From Candidatus Bathyarchaeota archaeon (GTDB lineage: Archaea; Thermoproteota; Bathyarchaeia; 40CM-2-53-6), in the NCBI GenBank assembly GCA_963706285.1, contig CAVPLU010000004.1, forward strand, positions 32,001-96,000: DNA of 64,000 nt, given 5' to 3'. Position 1 is the first letter of the stretch. Every line of letters begins with the position of its first letter. A program made the translations under genes and the position numbers. Shown in pieces: positions 39,304-49,162 of this stretch. The notes beneath the pieces are model-generated. The model was not told the origin of the DNA, did no database searches, and saw only the letters and a list, made by a program, of their open reading frames with translations.

Positions 39304-39631
39304 GCGGTCGCAGGAACTTCCATAGGTCCGTGAACTTCTCAAAATAGAACCATTTGTCATTAGATCCAACAGTGTATTTCTTGGGCTGCTTATCTCGGAT
39401 TCGATCACAGAGATTGACGCAGTAGCTGCCTCGATAGAATCCGAGAAAAATGAATCCTCCGTTCGCTAGGTCAGGTCGGTTTCCTTCTATGCGTATTCCC
39501 TCGTCTTCGTCGAGTGCACTGATGAATCTCTTCAACAGTGGAAGATCCGCGATCCTTCTTTCCATGTATATCGAACGCGCTTGTCTCATGTCTATCCGTG
39601 CTGTCACTTTGCAGTCGATAAGCGGACTCAA
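39269..39631 (-). CDS. Hypothetical protein
   Basis: Protein-like ORF filling the gap between cysS and the CDF gene. Confidence 0.55.
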   Translation of the reverse strand: MSPLIDCKVTARIDMRQARSIYMERRIADLPLLKRFISALDEDEGIRIEGNRPDLANGGFIFLGFYRGSYCVNLCDRIRDKQPKKYTVGSNDKWFYFEKFTDLWKFLRPLIRKPLRAWLY

Positions 39632-39704
39632 AAACCCTTTTACCGTTCGCGTTGGAACCTAGGCTTTCTTTCGGTTTCGAGAGAAGATTGGAGCAGATTT
39701 CGAA

Positions 39705-41096
39705 GTGGGATCACTGCAGGAGAAGAACAGGGTTGCTGTCTCCTCACTTATCGTAGCTATTGCTCTGACCTCTCTAAAGGCAATTGTTGGTATCCTAACT
39801 AACAGTTTGGGGATACTTTCTGAGGCCTTGCACTCGGGCCTCGACTTGGTGGCGGCTGCCACAACCGTCTATGCGGTAAGGACCTCTAGTAAGCCCCCAG
39901 ACGAAGATCATCTGTACGGTCATGGGAAATACGAAAGCTTCTCAGCATTGATTGAAACGCTTCTTCTTCTTGCGACTTGTGTTTGGATAAGTTACGAGGC
40001 GATACAGCGTCTATTCTTCATCCAAGTGCACGTGGAAGCGAGCCTGTACGGTTTTGCTGTCATGATCATTTCTATAGTGTTGGATTTTTCGAGATCCCGT
40101 GCATTGTATCGAGTTGCGAAGAAGTATCGGAGCCAAGCGCTCGAAGCAGACGCTCTCCACTTCAGCACTGACATTATGAGCTCTTTGACAGTTATTGCGG
40201 GACTGTTCTTTGTGAGTTTCGGCTACCATATCGCTGATCCATTGGCGGCTCTAGGCGTGGTTCTTGTTGTGGTTGCATTGAGCTTACGACTTGGCAAACG
40301 AACCATCCTTGTGCTACTAGATCGTGCGCCCGAAGGACTAGCTGAAAGCATCCGTGCCCAAGTAATGACGATACCAGGAGTACATTCATGCGGCCGAGTA
40401 AGAGTGAGACCATCTGGACCGCAAACCTTCGTTGATCTAGAAGTGTTCGTTGATCACTCAACGAGTTTCGATCGAGTGAACGCGATCGCGCTTGAGGTTG
40501 AGCAGGCAATTAGGAAACTGGAACCGAATAGCGACATTGTCGTAAGGACTAACCCGACCACCGAGCCAGAGACGGGACTGGCAGAGAAAGTCAGGAAAGT
40601 CGCAAGTGGCATTAGTGGAGTGAAGGGTATTCACAACATCGAGGTCCATGATGCGGAGAACGGGCTTCACGTTGAGCTGCATTTCGAGGCTGATCCTGAC
40701 GCCAGCCTTGAGAGTGCGCATGGAGTCGCCAGCAAATTGGAATCAGCGATTAAGGCGAGCATTCCTGAGGTCGCCCAAGTCGTGACGCACATAGAGTCAG
40801 CGGAAGAGATGCCGCTCACGAGTGCAGATGTGACCGTGGAATCGCAACGGATCGTCAAAGCTGTCAGAGACAACGTGCTGCAGGTGCCCGGCGTGAGACG
40901 CTGTCGCGATATCGCAGTTCACAACGCCGAAGATGGGCTTCATCTTACGCTGACGTGTGTTCTGAAGGCGGGACTTTCGGTGTCAGAAGCGCATGAGCTC
41001 TCGACGCGTATTGAAGATGTAGTGCGCGTTCGTGTTGATGGCGTCTCAAGGGTCTTCGTTCATGTAGAACCAGAGCTGAAAGCTGCTCTACCCTAG
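39705..41096 (+). CDS. Cation diffusion facilitator with three tandem C-terminal (ZT_dimer-like) domains
   Basis: EALHSGLD, HLYGHGKYE and ADALHFSTD motifs; three repeats ending IVVRTNP / VVTHIES / VFVHVEP. Confidence 0.92.
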   Translation: MGSLQEKNRVAVSSLIVAIALTSLKAIVGILTNSLGILSEALHSGLDLVAAATTVYAVRTSSKPPDEDHLYGHGKYESFSALIETLLLLATCVWISYEAIQRLFFIQVHVEASLYGFAVMIISIVLDFSRSRALYRVAKKYRSQALEADALHFSTDIMSSLTVIAGLFFVSFGYHIADPLAALGVVLVVVALSLRLGKRTILVLLDRAPEGLAESIRAQVMTIPGVHSCGRVRVRPSGPQTFVDLEVFVDHSTSFDRVNAIALEVEQAIRKLEPNSDIVVRTNPTTEPETGLAEKVRKVASGISGVKGIHNIEVHDAENGLHVELHFEADPDASLESAHGVASKLESAIKASIPEVAQVVTHIESAEEMPLTSADVTVESQRIVKAVRDNVLQVPGVRRCRDIAVHNAEDGLHLTLTCVLKAGLSVSEAHELSTRIEDVVRVRVDGVSRVFVHVEPELKAALP

Positions 41097-41833
41097 ACTT
41101 TCACGCCGAGCGTTTTCATTAGAACTTCCTTGAAACTGATTGACCTTCCGCCAACAACTTTGAGTTTAGCTTTGATCTCGTCCTTGCTGACCTCGACTAT
41201 GTTGTATGAGTTGTGGAAGAATCCTCTAAGCCGCTCTGAGGACACGCTCCCAGCGTGTAGTATTGGAAGTTCCTGAACGTTCCACATCCATGGTCTATGT
41301 CTGTGCCCACCAAGGACCAGATCCGCTTTTGATCCGATAAGTGCCCGCAAGGCATCTCCCGCATCTATGATCGGGATGGTGTCAGGGCCAGTGTCAGGGA
41401 CTTGCACTAGATGATGATGCATGATGACGACTCGGCACTTACTCTTGTATCTCTTCAGAGTCTGCTGAAGCCAAACCACCTGACGATGGCCGATTTCTCC
41501 CTCATCCCTTTCAGGCCTAGCGGTACCAACAACGATCATCATGGTACCATCAATCATCGCGGTTCTTCTGAATCTGAAGGCCTGCTTGAAGAGTAGATAA
41601 CCGGTTGAACGATAATCGTGATTCCCACTCGTCACGACAACGTTCTTACAATTGAGGCCATCCAGTCTCTTCCTGGCCTCCCGATACTGGCTTAGAAGGC
41701 CACTGTCAGTCAGGTCCCCAGTGACCACGACTACGTCAGGATCGAGGTTATTGATTTCGCGGGCAGCCTGTTCGAATATTGACGGTTGAAACTCATGCCC
41801 GCAATGCATGTCTGATATGTGCGCTATCAGCAA
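41093..41833 (-). CDS. Calcineurin-like metallophosphoesterase (Icc/CpdA-like)
   Basis: DMH, GDLTD, GNHD, HHH and GHRH motifs. Confidence 0.92.
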   Translation of the reverse strand: MLIAHISDMHCGHEFQPSIFEQAAREINNLDPDVVVVTGDLTDSGLLSQYREARKRLDGLNCKNVVVTSGNHDYRSTGYLLFKQAFRFRRTAMIDGTMMIVVGTARPERDEGEIGHRQVVWLQQTLKRYKSKCRVVIMHHHLVQVPDTGPDTIPIIDAGDALRALIGSKADLVLGGHRHRPWMWNVQELPILHAGSVSSERLRGFFHNSYNIVEVSKDEIKAKLKVVGGRSISFKEVLMKTLGVKV

Positions 41834-41920
41834 ACGAGACCGACTCTACAATCATGGAATCTGAATGGCTGTCAGGGATATGAGTATGTGGTTCTCCACG
41901 CGAAGCTGCCTTGTAGGTGA

Positions 41921-42178
41921 CTAGTCATCTTCCTCTTCCGACGGATCATCTTCGGCTTCCGGCAAGTCCGGGGGCTCTTCGGTTTTCTCTTTGAATCCTT
42001 TTTCCTCGAAGTTTGAGACGCGTTGAAGCGCTTCACTGAGAGCCGTCTTCGGAATCATGACGCTCATGTGCTTCTTCTCTTCCTCAGAATCATTTCGAAG
42101 CCTCAGCATGACCCAGTAGGTTTTGGATTCCTTGTCAACGCAAAGGTCGATTCTAGCCTGCCAAACATCAGAAGACAA
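41921..42178 (-). CDS. Small acidic hypothetical protein
   Basis: TTG start after GGAGG; acidic C-terminal tail. Confidence 0.6.
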   Translation of the reverse strand: MSSDVWQARIDLCVDKESKTYWVMLRLRNDSEEEKKHMSVMIPKTALSEALQRVSNFEEKGFKEKTEEPPDLPEAEDDPSEEEDD

Positions 42179-42555
42179 ATCAGCGCCTCCACGAACTATT
42201 TCGAACTAAGAGATCAAGTCACGCACTTAAGAAATCCGTTCTTCAATGAAACACTTGGGATAATTTCGACTTTGAGTTAGAATATTGGGAGACCGTGACC
42301 TGGGGGTCGACAAGTCACGGTCCATGCGGAGTCATGCTAGGCTTGTGTGAGTTCTTTGCTGTATGCGATTTGAACGGTTCATCTGTCTATTCGCCAGGTT
42401 CGAACAACCGCGATAGGGAAAGAAAGAGCAAGCGAGGGCAACATTCCGAATTCCCGGTGTAGTTTGTTCTGCACGGAGTTTCTAATCTCTCTAGTGAGCG
42501 TGTTCGAATTGGAATGGGATGCGTCGTCATTGTTGTGGTTGGAAGAGGGGGAGTA

Positions 42556-42750
42556 GTGAGATCGATTCTCATATTGTGTCGTGGATGTTTTGGAACTGGG
42601 GCTACTCTGAGAAACGGCGCGGCGGTCTTTACTGCCTATTCTGACTGCAGCTTTGATGATGCGGTGTGCCAGAAGTGTGGGTCCCATTGCTATCGATGCG
42701 TGTGGCATTCGGAGAGCTCTGGTGGCGTATTGATTCATGGCTATCCCTAA
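42556..42750 (+). CDS. Small Cys-rich (zinc-finger-like) protein
   Basis: GTG after GAGGGGGAG; CRGC, CQKC and CYRC motifs. Confidence 0.5.
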   Translation: MRSILILCRGCFGTGATLRNGAAVFTAYSDCSFDDAVCQKCGSHCYRCVWHSESSGGVLIHGYP

Positions 42751-42888
42751 GAAGTCACATGGACGATAGGTATATTAGCGTTCCGATTATGGTACGCTAA
42801 TGTACCATATTGAAGCCATTATGACACACTTGGGAAAAGGATTTTCCAAGATTACCTAGGTACACGATGCACGAGTCCTTCGAAATTA

Positions 42889-44097
42889 CTATCGTCTCAT
42901 TGCCCTTTCGAACAATGGTATTGCGGCGGTCATTGTCAAAATCGTGTAGGCGATGAGTATGAGCACGTCGGGTGTGATGGCGGCTAGACTGGCGTTGAGA
43001 ATTATCACTTTGCGCAAAGCATCTGCTGCATAGTAGAGCGGCAGAGCTTTTCCAATGTACTGCAGCCATTGTGGCAGCTGGTCGATTGGGAATAGGATGC
43101 CGCTGATGAACATCATTGGGAATTGGAGGATTAGCGTCATCATTTGGGCGGTTTCTTGATCGGGAGCGACCGCGGTCATGATGATGCCTACGCCTACGAA
43201 ACTCGCTGTCCCAAGCAGCAGGACGATGAACATGATGACTGGGCTGCCGTATATTTGTACGCCAAAGAGTAGCATGGATAGCCCGAGTATAAGGAACCCT
43301 TGAATCAGTCCACGTACAGTTTGCGCTGCCACCTTGCCGAGGATGATTGACGTGTGCGGGATAGGCGCGACGAGGAGCCCGTCCATTGTTCCCTGCTCCT
43401 TTTCACGGGATATGGCGGTAGCGACTCCTTGAAGGGAGCCCGTGATTACGGTCAGTGCCATAAAGCCCGGTGCCAGGAATTGAAACGAAGAAGAGACGCC
43501 GTTGATCAGCGGTATGCTCGTGACAGAGATAGGCTGCATGATGAAAGTGGGATTCACTCCGTTGCCAGCCATGTTTGCGAGGTTTTGTGCGGATATGCTT
43601 GAACCGATTATGTTGAAAACGACCGAGATCTCCGAGCTAACCACAGAGGCAGTTGTTGGATTCGTTTCATCGACTGTTACCTGGACGGTGCCGGGCTGTC
43701 CAGCTTCTAGGGCATCGCTGAAGCCTTGCGGTATGATTATGATGCCTTTCAGTCGTCCTTCCACAAGTTGATTGCGGGCAGTTTCGTAGCTGGCGCTTTC
43801 GGAGACAGCGAACAAACCTTGTTGTTGTGAGATTTGGATAAATTGGGCGGCAATCGAGTTCGCTGTCTGACCATCATCCATCAGGACCAACGATATCGGA
43901 AGGTTCGGGAACGCTGTGCCTATGCTGCCTGTGTTGGGATTGGATTTGGGCATTGGCGGATAGATGTTGCCGAACATGCTCATCAGTAGGATCGGGAATA
44001 GAATGAAGAAGAAGAGCAGCATCTTGGACCGCCAGAGGTCCAAGAGATCGCGGCGTGCGATATCCAGCGCCAGGTCCCAAGTGATTGTTTCTACCAT
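42889..44097 (-). CDS. ABC-2 type exporter permease
   Basis: REKEQGTMDGLLVAP, FISGILFP and PLYYAADALR motifs. Confidence 0.92.
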   Translation of the reverse strand: MVETITWDLALDIARRDLLDLWRSKMLLFFFILFPILLMSMFGNIYPPMPKSNPNTGSIGTAFPNLPISLVLMDDGQTANSIAAQFIQISQQQGLFAVSESASYETARNQLVEGRLKGIIIIPQGFSDALEAGQPGTVQVTVDETNPTTASVVSSEISVVFNIIGSSISAQNLANMAGNGVNPTFIMQPISVTSIPLINGVSSSFQFLAPGFMALTVITGSLQGVATAISREKEQGTMDGLLVAPIPHTSIILGKVAAQTVRGLIQGFLILGLSMLLFGVQIYGSPVIMFIVLLLGTASFVGVGIIMTAVAPDQETAQMMTLILQFPMMFISGILFPIDQLPQWLQYIGKALPLYYAADALRKVIILNASLAAITPDVLILIAYTILTMTAAIPLFERAMRR

Positions 44098-44098
44098 T

Positions 44099-44917
44099 TC
44101 ACATTCGACCCATTGGAGCTCGCATGGAAATGCGTTCGTTTGCAGAGTCACGCAATTCGCGGCCGGTAAGCTCTAGGAAGACTTCGAGAAGGCTGTTGCT
44201 ATGGTATTTCTCTTTGAATCCGTGAGGAGTATCGACAGCCATAATCTTTCCATGGTCGATGATACAGACACGGTCCGATAGTTCGTCCGCCTCTTCCATG
44301 ATGTGTGTCGTCAGAACGACAGTGTGGCCGCGCTGCTTCAATTCCTTGACCAAATCCCTGACGAAACGTGTGCTCTGTGGATCCAGCCCGGTCGTAGGCT
44401 CGTCGAGGAAGAGGATATCGGGGTCGTGTAACAGTGCACGTATCACGTTCACTCTTTGCCTCATTCCGCTCGAAAAACCACCGACTTGCTTGTCTTTGAA
44501 CGGGGTCAGCTTGACCATTTCCAGCAGTTCCTCGGATTTCTTCCGCAGTGCATCTCGATCGATTCTGTACAGTTTGCCAAAGAACATGAGGTTCTCAAGA
44601 GCAGTTAGTCGCGGATACATGATTAGCTTCTCAGAAACTAGGCCAATCCTCTTCCGCACTTCGTTCGCTTGGTGGACAACGTCATACCCGTCAACGCTGG
44701 CGGTTCCGGACGAGGGTGAGAGTAGGGTGCAGAGTATTCGTATTGTTGTGGTCTTGCCCGCGCCGTTCGGTCCGAGGAAGCCGTAGATTTCTCCCTTGCT
44801 AACGGTGAGGTCAACGTGGTCAACCGCTGTGAAGCTATTGAAGGTCTTCGTGAGACCGTGAGTTTCAATGGCGTAGCGAGCTGGCGAAGTCAATTCAGTT
44901 CTCTGTAGAGTCATCAT
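44099..44917 (-). CDS. ABC exporter ATP-binding protein (DrrA-like)
   Basis: GPNGAGKTT, FSSGMRQR and LDEPTTGLD motifs. Confidence 0.93.
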   Translation of the reverse strand: MMTLQRTELTSPARYAIETHGLTKTFNSFTAVDHVDLTVSKGEIYGFLGPNGAGKTTTIRILCTLLSPSSGTASVDGYDVVHQANEVRKRIGLVSEKLIMYPRLTALENLMFFGKLYRIDRDALRKKSEELLEMVKLTPFKDKQVGGFSSGMRQRVNVIRALLHDPDILFLDEPTTGLDPQSTRFVRDLVKELKQRGHTVVLTTHIMEEADELSDRVCIIDHGKIMAVDTPHGFKEKYHSNSLLEVFLELTGRELRDSANERISMRAPMGRM

Positions 44918-45283
44918 GGGCCTCCAGTCGATTCCTGTCGCGCTTCCAATTCCTTCTTCTAGAGTAGGCTTACTCGAAATGAGCTAAGGGATGAATTGAC
45001 AATGTCGAGCTGCACTTCCGATTTTGCCTCTTCCATCTCTTGTTCGTTCTCACTTTGTCTCACGCATAGAGTGCTTTGGGGATTTCGGTTGGGATTACAG
45101 CCTTCTCTAGCTAATATTGTGAAAATTCTGAGAAGCAATTCGAGTGTTGTGGAGCTGGGCTAGAATGCACCCGACGTGTGGGCATCGACTCGACTCAGCT
45201 TGGAACCTTCGTCCCCTCACGAGCCCGAACTCAGCACGGTTTTGGATAGCCGAGTTCAATTCTGCTCCTCTGGAAAGAGGAGC

Positions 45284-46048
45284 CTAACTTGCACCGAACA
45301 TCACTGTAGCGACATAGTTCACGATTGTCATGAATAGGAAGCCTATCATGAAACAAGTTGTGGCTGCCCTCTCGTAACCGTGGCTGTGACTCTCTGGTAT
45401 CATCTCGTCGAAGATGACGTAGAGCATTGCTCCTCCAGCAAAAGCCAGAGCGTAAGGAAGCATCCCACGGAACATACCGACGAGAAGTAGAGCCGCGAAT
45501 GCGCAGAATGGCTCCACCACACCGGACAGCAGTCCAGCAAGGAAACTGTTGCGCGTCGAAAAGCCTTGGCTCCTGAGAGGAACCGAGACGAGGAAACCTT
45601 CAGGTATGTTCTGCAGCGCAATACCCAGAGCCACAGTGCTTCCGAAGACCGTGACACCTCCAGAGTAGGCTGTGCCTGTGGCAAACCCTTCTGGAAAATT
45701 GTGGATGACAATGGCGGCCACCATCATAAGCGTGGCCCGCATACTCTTGGTGAGCTGTTGATTGGGAATCATCATCGCGTGAATGTGGGGAAGGTACTTG
45801 TCTGCCATTGAGAGTGCCGTGGCTCCAAGCGCGATCCCAATTATGACTGGAATGAAATTCTCCTTGTTTGGTCCCAAGGCCTCAGGTATGAGGCTGAGGG
45901 CCGTGACAGACAGCATGAGCCCCGCTGAAAGGCCTATCAACGCATCTCGCATCTTGTGGCTCGTTGCCTTGATGAAGAACACTAGCGCGGCGCCCAAGCT
46001 TGTGCTCATGCCAACAAAAACGACGAGCACAACTACCTGAAGATCCAA
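45284..46048 (-). CDS. ZIP family metal transporter (ZupT/GufA)
   Basis: HNFPEG, QNIPEG and EMIPESH motifs. Confidence 0.93.
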   Translation of the reverse strand: MDLQVVVLVVFVGMSTSLGAALVFFIKATSHKMRDALIGLSAGLMLSVTALSLIPEALGPNKENFIPVIIGIALGATALSMADKYLPHIHAMMIPNQQLTKSMRATLMMVAAIVIHNFPEGFATGTAYSGGVTVFGSTVALGIALQNIPEGFLVSVPLRSQGFSTRNSFLAGLLSGVVEPFCAFAALLLVGMFRGMLPYALAFAGGAMLYVIFDEMIPESHSHGYERAATTCFMIGFLFMTIVNYVATVMFGAS

Positions 46049-46176
46049 CGATCACATCACCGCTCCGGCACACGCGATGAAATTCTGATGTGTGGCCGGT
46101 CGTATTGTATCTTTTGCCGCGTACGCGCACAGTATAATGTATCTACAGACCGCAAGCCCGAGGGAGATTCAGTGGC

Positions 46177-46578
46177 TTACTTCTTCTCTTTTTCTCTCTC
46201 TTTCTCTTTTTCTTCCAGCGTCTTACCGCATTTCTGGCAGAATTTCGCGTCTAGGAGGTTCTTGTGTTTGCAGACAGGGCAAGTCTTCATCGGCACCGAC
46301 TCCAGCGAAGTGGAGCCTTTGATGAAGACCACATCTCCGATCCTCTCGACCTGGTCGAACGGAAGGTAGGACTCTTCCTCTCTCCCTCTCTCGACGACGA
46401 TGGCTAGCTTTCCGCTGTCGGACCATGCCAGGTCCTTTACGATGCCAATCTTCTTAGCAGCGTCATCAATTATCTCCTTACCGGCAACTTCTTCCCGGCG
46501 ATGCCACTTAACCAAGAACCCGTCTCCACCAGCTAATTTTGGATCATTCAGTGTATTTAGCATTGTCTCGCCGTTCAT
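46177..46578 (-). CDS. PRC-barrel protein with a C-terminal zinc ribbon
   Basis: GKEIID..KIGIVKDL..LPFDQVERIGDVVFI, then CPVC..FCQKCG. Confidence 0.8.
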   Translation of the reverse strand: MNGETMLNTLNDPKLAGGDGFLVKWHRREEVAGKEIIDDAAKKIGIVKDLAWSDSGKLAIVVERGREEESYLPFDQVERIGDVVFIKGSTSLESVPMKTCPVCKHKNLLDAKFCQKCGKTLEEKEKEREKEKK

Positions 46579-46695
46579 ATGGGCGGATGCCAGAAATCGA
46601 AGCGCCGAACAGCGTCTTCGGGGCAGGCTGTCTTCAAGATTGAAATTCCCGTATGCATGAAGCGTTCATAGACTCGCATGAGAGGTTGAAGATGG

Positions 46696-47760
46696 ATGAA
46701 AGCACGCGCCCTTGTTGTCGCGCTCAGCAAGGGTCAGACCGCAATTGACTTGACTCGAAGAATGCGCCTCATCAACCACTCATTCAAGGTCACAACAACA
46801 GGTAGTGAGCTTTGGATCCCGCTCCTACGGCCGATTCAGGATCCGGAATACATTCACCTCTCGACCGCATTGGGTCGAATCAGGATCGAGGAACAAGAGT
46901 TCAGCGAAAGATCACATCGTCCACGAACATTGGAAGAGGCGCTCAAGGGACAACTTCCACCCGATCTCCTTGCAGTTGTTCCGAAATCGCTCGACATAGT
47001 CGGCCACATAGCGATCGTTGAACTCCCGGATGAACTTGCCTCCTTTGACGCACTTGTAGGGAAGGGTGTGCTGGAGATTTGTCCAAGCGTTAGTACCGTG
47101 ATGGCGAAGGCTGGAGAATTCTCCACCGAATACAGAACCAGAGAACTTAGACTGATTGCAGGCGAAGACAACCCAGTAACACACTACAGAGAACATGGTT
47201 GCGTCTACGAGCTAGATGTCAAGACCGTTTTCTTCAGTCCTCGACTCAGCCACGAGCGCTTGCGAATCGCTTCACAAGTCCAACCAAGAGAAACAGTGGT
47301 AGACATGTTCGCTGGAGTGGGTCCGTACTCTATACTCATAGCAAAGAAGCAGCCGCTGTCTACTGTTTACGCTGTAGATGCGAACCCTTCAGCGTTCAAG
47401 TTTCTGGTCTCAAACATACTCGCCAACCGAGTTCTCAGTAATGTCAAGCCCATGATGGGAGATGCGCGAGAAGTAGTCAGATCAAACCTCTCGAAAGTGG
47501 CTGATAGAGTAATCATGAATCTCCCTGGTAGCGCCTCGGAATTCATTGACGTAGCCTGCTCAAGCCTAAGCGAAAAAGGAGGCATCATCCACTTCTACTC
47601 ATTCGAATCCACAAAGAACGCATATGACGCCGCAACAGGAAAACTGAAAGAACGAATTGAAGCGTCTGGAAGAAAGCTGGAATCAATTCTAGCCGTTAGG
47701 ACTGTGAAAGAGATCGCTCCCTACCGTGTTCAAGTAGCCGTCGACGCTCACGTTGCCTGA
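46696..47760 (+). CDS. trm5: tRNA (guanine37-N1)-methyltransferase, Trm5/Taw22 family
   Basis: DIVGHIAI, FFSPRL..ER, DMFAGVGPY and IMNLP motifs. Confidence 0.9.
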   Translation: MKARALVVALSKGQTAIDLTRRMRLINHSFKVTTTGSELWIPLLRPIQDPEYIHLSTALGRIRIEEQEFSERSHRPRTLEEALKGQLPPDLLAVVPKSLDIVGHIAIVELPDELASFDALVGKGVLEICPSVSTVMAKAGEFSTEYRTRELRLIAGEDNPVTHYREHGCVYELDVKTVFFSPRLSHERLRIASQVQPRETVVDMFAGVGPYSILIAKKQPLSTVYAVDANPSAFKFLVSNILANRVLSNVKPMMGDAREVVRSNLSKVADRVIMNLPGSASEFIDVACSSLSEKGGIIHFYSFESTKNAYDAATGKLKERIEASGRKLESILAVRTVKEIAPYRVQVAVDAHVA

Positions 47761-47766
47761 TCGTGA

Positions 47767-48198
47767 TCACAGATCGAGTTCCGCGATCAGTTCGATTCGA
47801 ATTCGCGTACGTGGGTCGCGAAGCATCCTGACGAATTCGCGGTTCAGATCCGAAGCGGACTTGTTCGCTTGAACCATGATGGTTCTGTTGCATGTGTAGT
47901 TGCTCTTGCGTGCAACCAGATCAGTTGGATGCGTGAGTGTGAGTTTGGTGTCTCCTCGTCCTGTGATAGTCTCGCTCCGTCCTCCGGCTTCAATCGTGAG
48001 AGTCACGTGCGTTTCGTTGTTCCTCATCAGTTTCGAGAATTCCGGCGAAAGATCGGCGCACCCTTTGGAGGCGCAGGTAGCGACTATGCAGTCTCCCCTC
48101 TTTGTGAGGTGAGTTTCCTTGGTGATCTCAAGTGTCATCTGATGGGTAGCCCTGATCTCAGGATGTCCTGACGCTTGAATCACTTCGACGATCCGCAT
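47767..48198 (-). CDS. DUF371 domain protein
   Basis: GHPEIRATH..TLEITKE..GDCI and RKS motifs. Confidence 0.92.
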   Translation of the reverse strand: MRIVEVIQASGHPEIRATHQMTLEITKETHLTKRGDCIVATCASKGCADLSPEFSKLMRNNETHVTLTIEAGGRSETITGRGDTKLTLTHPTDLVARKSNYTCNRTIMVQANKSASDLNREFVRMLRDPRTRIRIELIAELDL

Positions 48199-48286
48199 GA
48201 TCGGTTTCGCTTTCTAGTTTGGTGTGGTTGTTCTAAGGCTTTTATCGGCGCTTTGCACTAGGCCCTTTTCGGATCGGGCGCTAGGT

Positions 48287-48970
48287 TTGACTGACTTCTC
48301 TGAGAAGCGGAGAAGAGTTGTCGAGGCGCTTAGATCCGAAGGCGTCCTACACGACCACCGCGTCATTCAGGCAATGCTGAAAGTTCCGCGTGAATTGTTT
48401 CTGCGAACTGAGGAAATGCAGTATGCGTATGTTGATTCTCCACTCCCTATTGGTCATGGACAGACAACGAGTGCTCTGCACATGACCGCGATGTTCTGCG
48501 AGTATGCCGAAATGAAACCTGGCCAGAAGGTGCTAGAGGTTGGTACGGGTTGCGGATACATGAGTTGCGTCTACGCAGAGGTCGTCGCTCCCAGCGATCG
48601 ACCTGAACGGGAGTGGGGTCATGTGTGGTCGGTGGAGATAATCAAGGAGCTGGCTGAATCCGCGGAACTCAACGTTGAGAAAGCAGGATACTCGAAGAGA
48701 GTCAATGTGCTCCACGGAGACGCATCCGTCGGGCTCCCAGAACATGGTCCCTATGATGTGATAATCGTAACGAGCGCGGCGCCTGACGTTCCATCTCCAC
48801 TGACGGAGCAACTTAGCCCTGGCGGTGTCCTATTGATACCGCTTGGAACACCACACTTCTTCCAAGAACTCTACCGTGTGAGAAAGAACGATGATGGAAA
48901 GGTGACACGCGAGAATATGGGTGGGGTTGCGTTTGTGCCCATGAGAGGACGCCACGGATGGCATGAATAA
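48287..48970 (+). CDS. pcm: Protein-L-isoaspartate O-methyltransferase
   Basis: VPRELF, AYVDSPLPIGHGQT, LEVGTGCGY and VAFVPM motifs. Confidence 0.93.
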   Translation: MTDFSEKRRRVVEALRSEGVLHDHRVIQAMLKVPRELFLRTEEMQYAYVDSPLPIGHGQTTSALHMTAMFCEYAEMKPGQKVLEVGTGCGYMSCVYAEVVAPSDRPEREWGHVWSVEIIKELAESAELNVEKAGYSKRVNVLHGDASVGLPEHGPYDVIIVTSAAPDVPSPLTEQLSPGGVLLIPLGTPHFFQELYRVRKNDDGKVTRENMGGVAFVPMRGRHGWHE

Positions 48971-49081
48971 GACCCAGCGAAGTCATCTGGACCGAGAGCC
49001 ACGCGAGATGAGACTTCTTATCTAGTCCGAGAGATGCGATCTCGCCCAGTGGAAAGGGAGCCTAGCGGGTTCGTCAGAAAG

Positions 49082-49162
49082 CGCGGGAGGGGGGATTCGA
49101 ACCCCCGAACTGAAGCTGACTTCGCCTTCGGCTCGTCAGGGCTTACGCCATAGGCTCCTGAA
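49082..49162 (-). pseudogene. 3' half of tRNA-Leu(CAG) containing a ~30-nt variable-arm intron; 5' half absent (probable att site)
   Basis: Reverse complement TTCAGGA-GCCTA-TGGCGTAAGCC-[CTGACGAGCCGAAGGCGAAGTCAGCTTCAG]-TTC-GGGGG-TTCGAAT-CCCCC-CTCCCGC; upstream is AT-rich, non-tRNA sequence. Confidence 0.75.

Noticed and set aside
44920-45280. Possible regulator gene upstream of the ABC exporter
   Set aside because: No ORF of convincing length or motif could be read.
49057-49158. Permuted tRNA-Leu, suggested by the 8-bp inverted repeat GGAGCCTA/TAGGCTCC flanking the 3' half
   Set aside because: The sequence downstream of the 3' half lacks a GCGGGAG acceptor strand and a D arm, so no 5' half can be built; the short repeat may be chance.
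49082-49162. tRNA-Sec reading (TTCA near the loop, G discriminator, long arm)
   Set aside because: The register fits anticodon CAG with a 5-bp T stem, a 7-nt acceptor strand and a Leu-type variable arm, not the 9/4 Sec fold.
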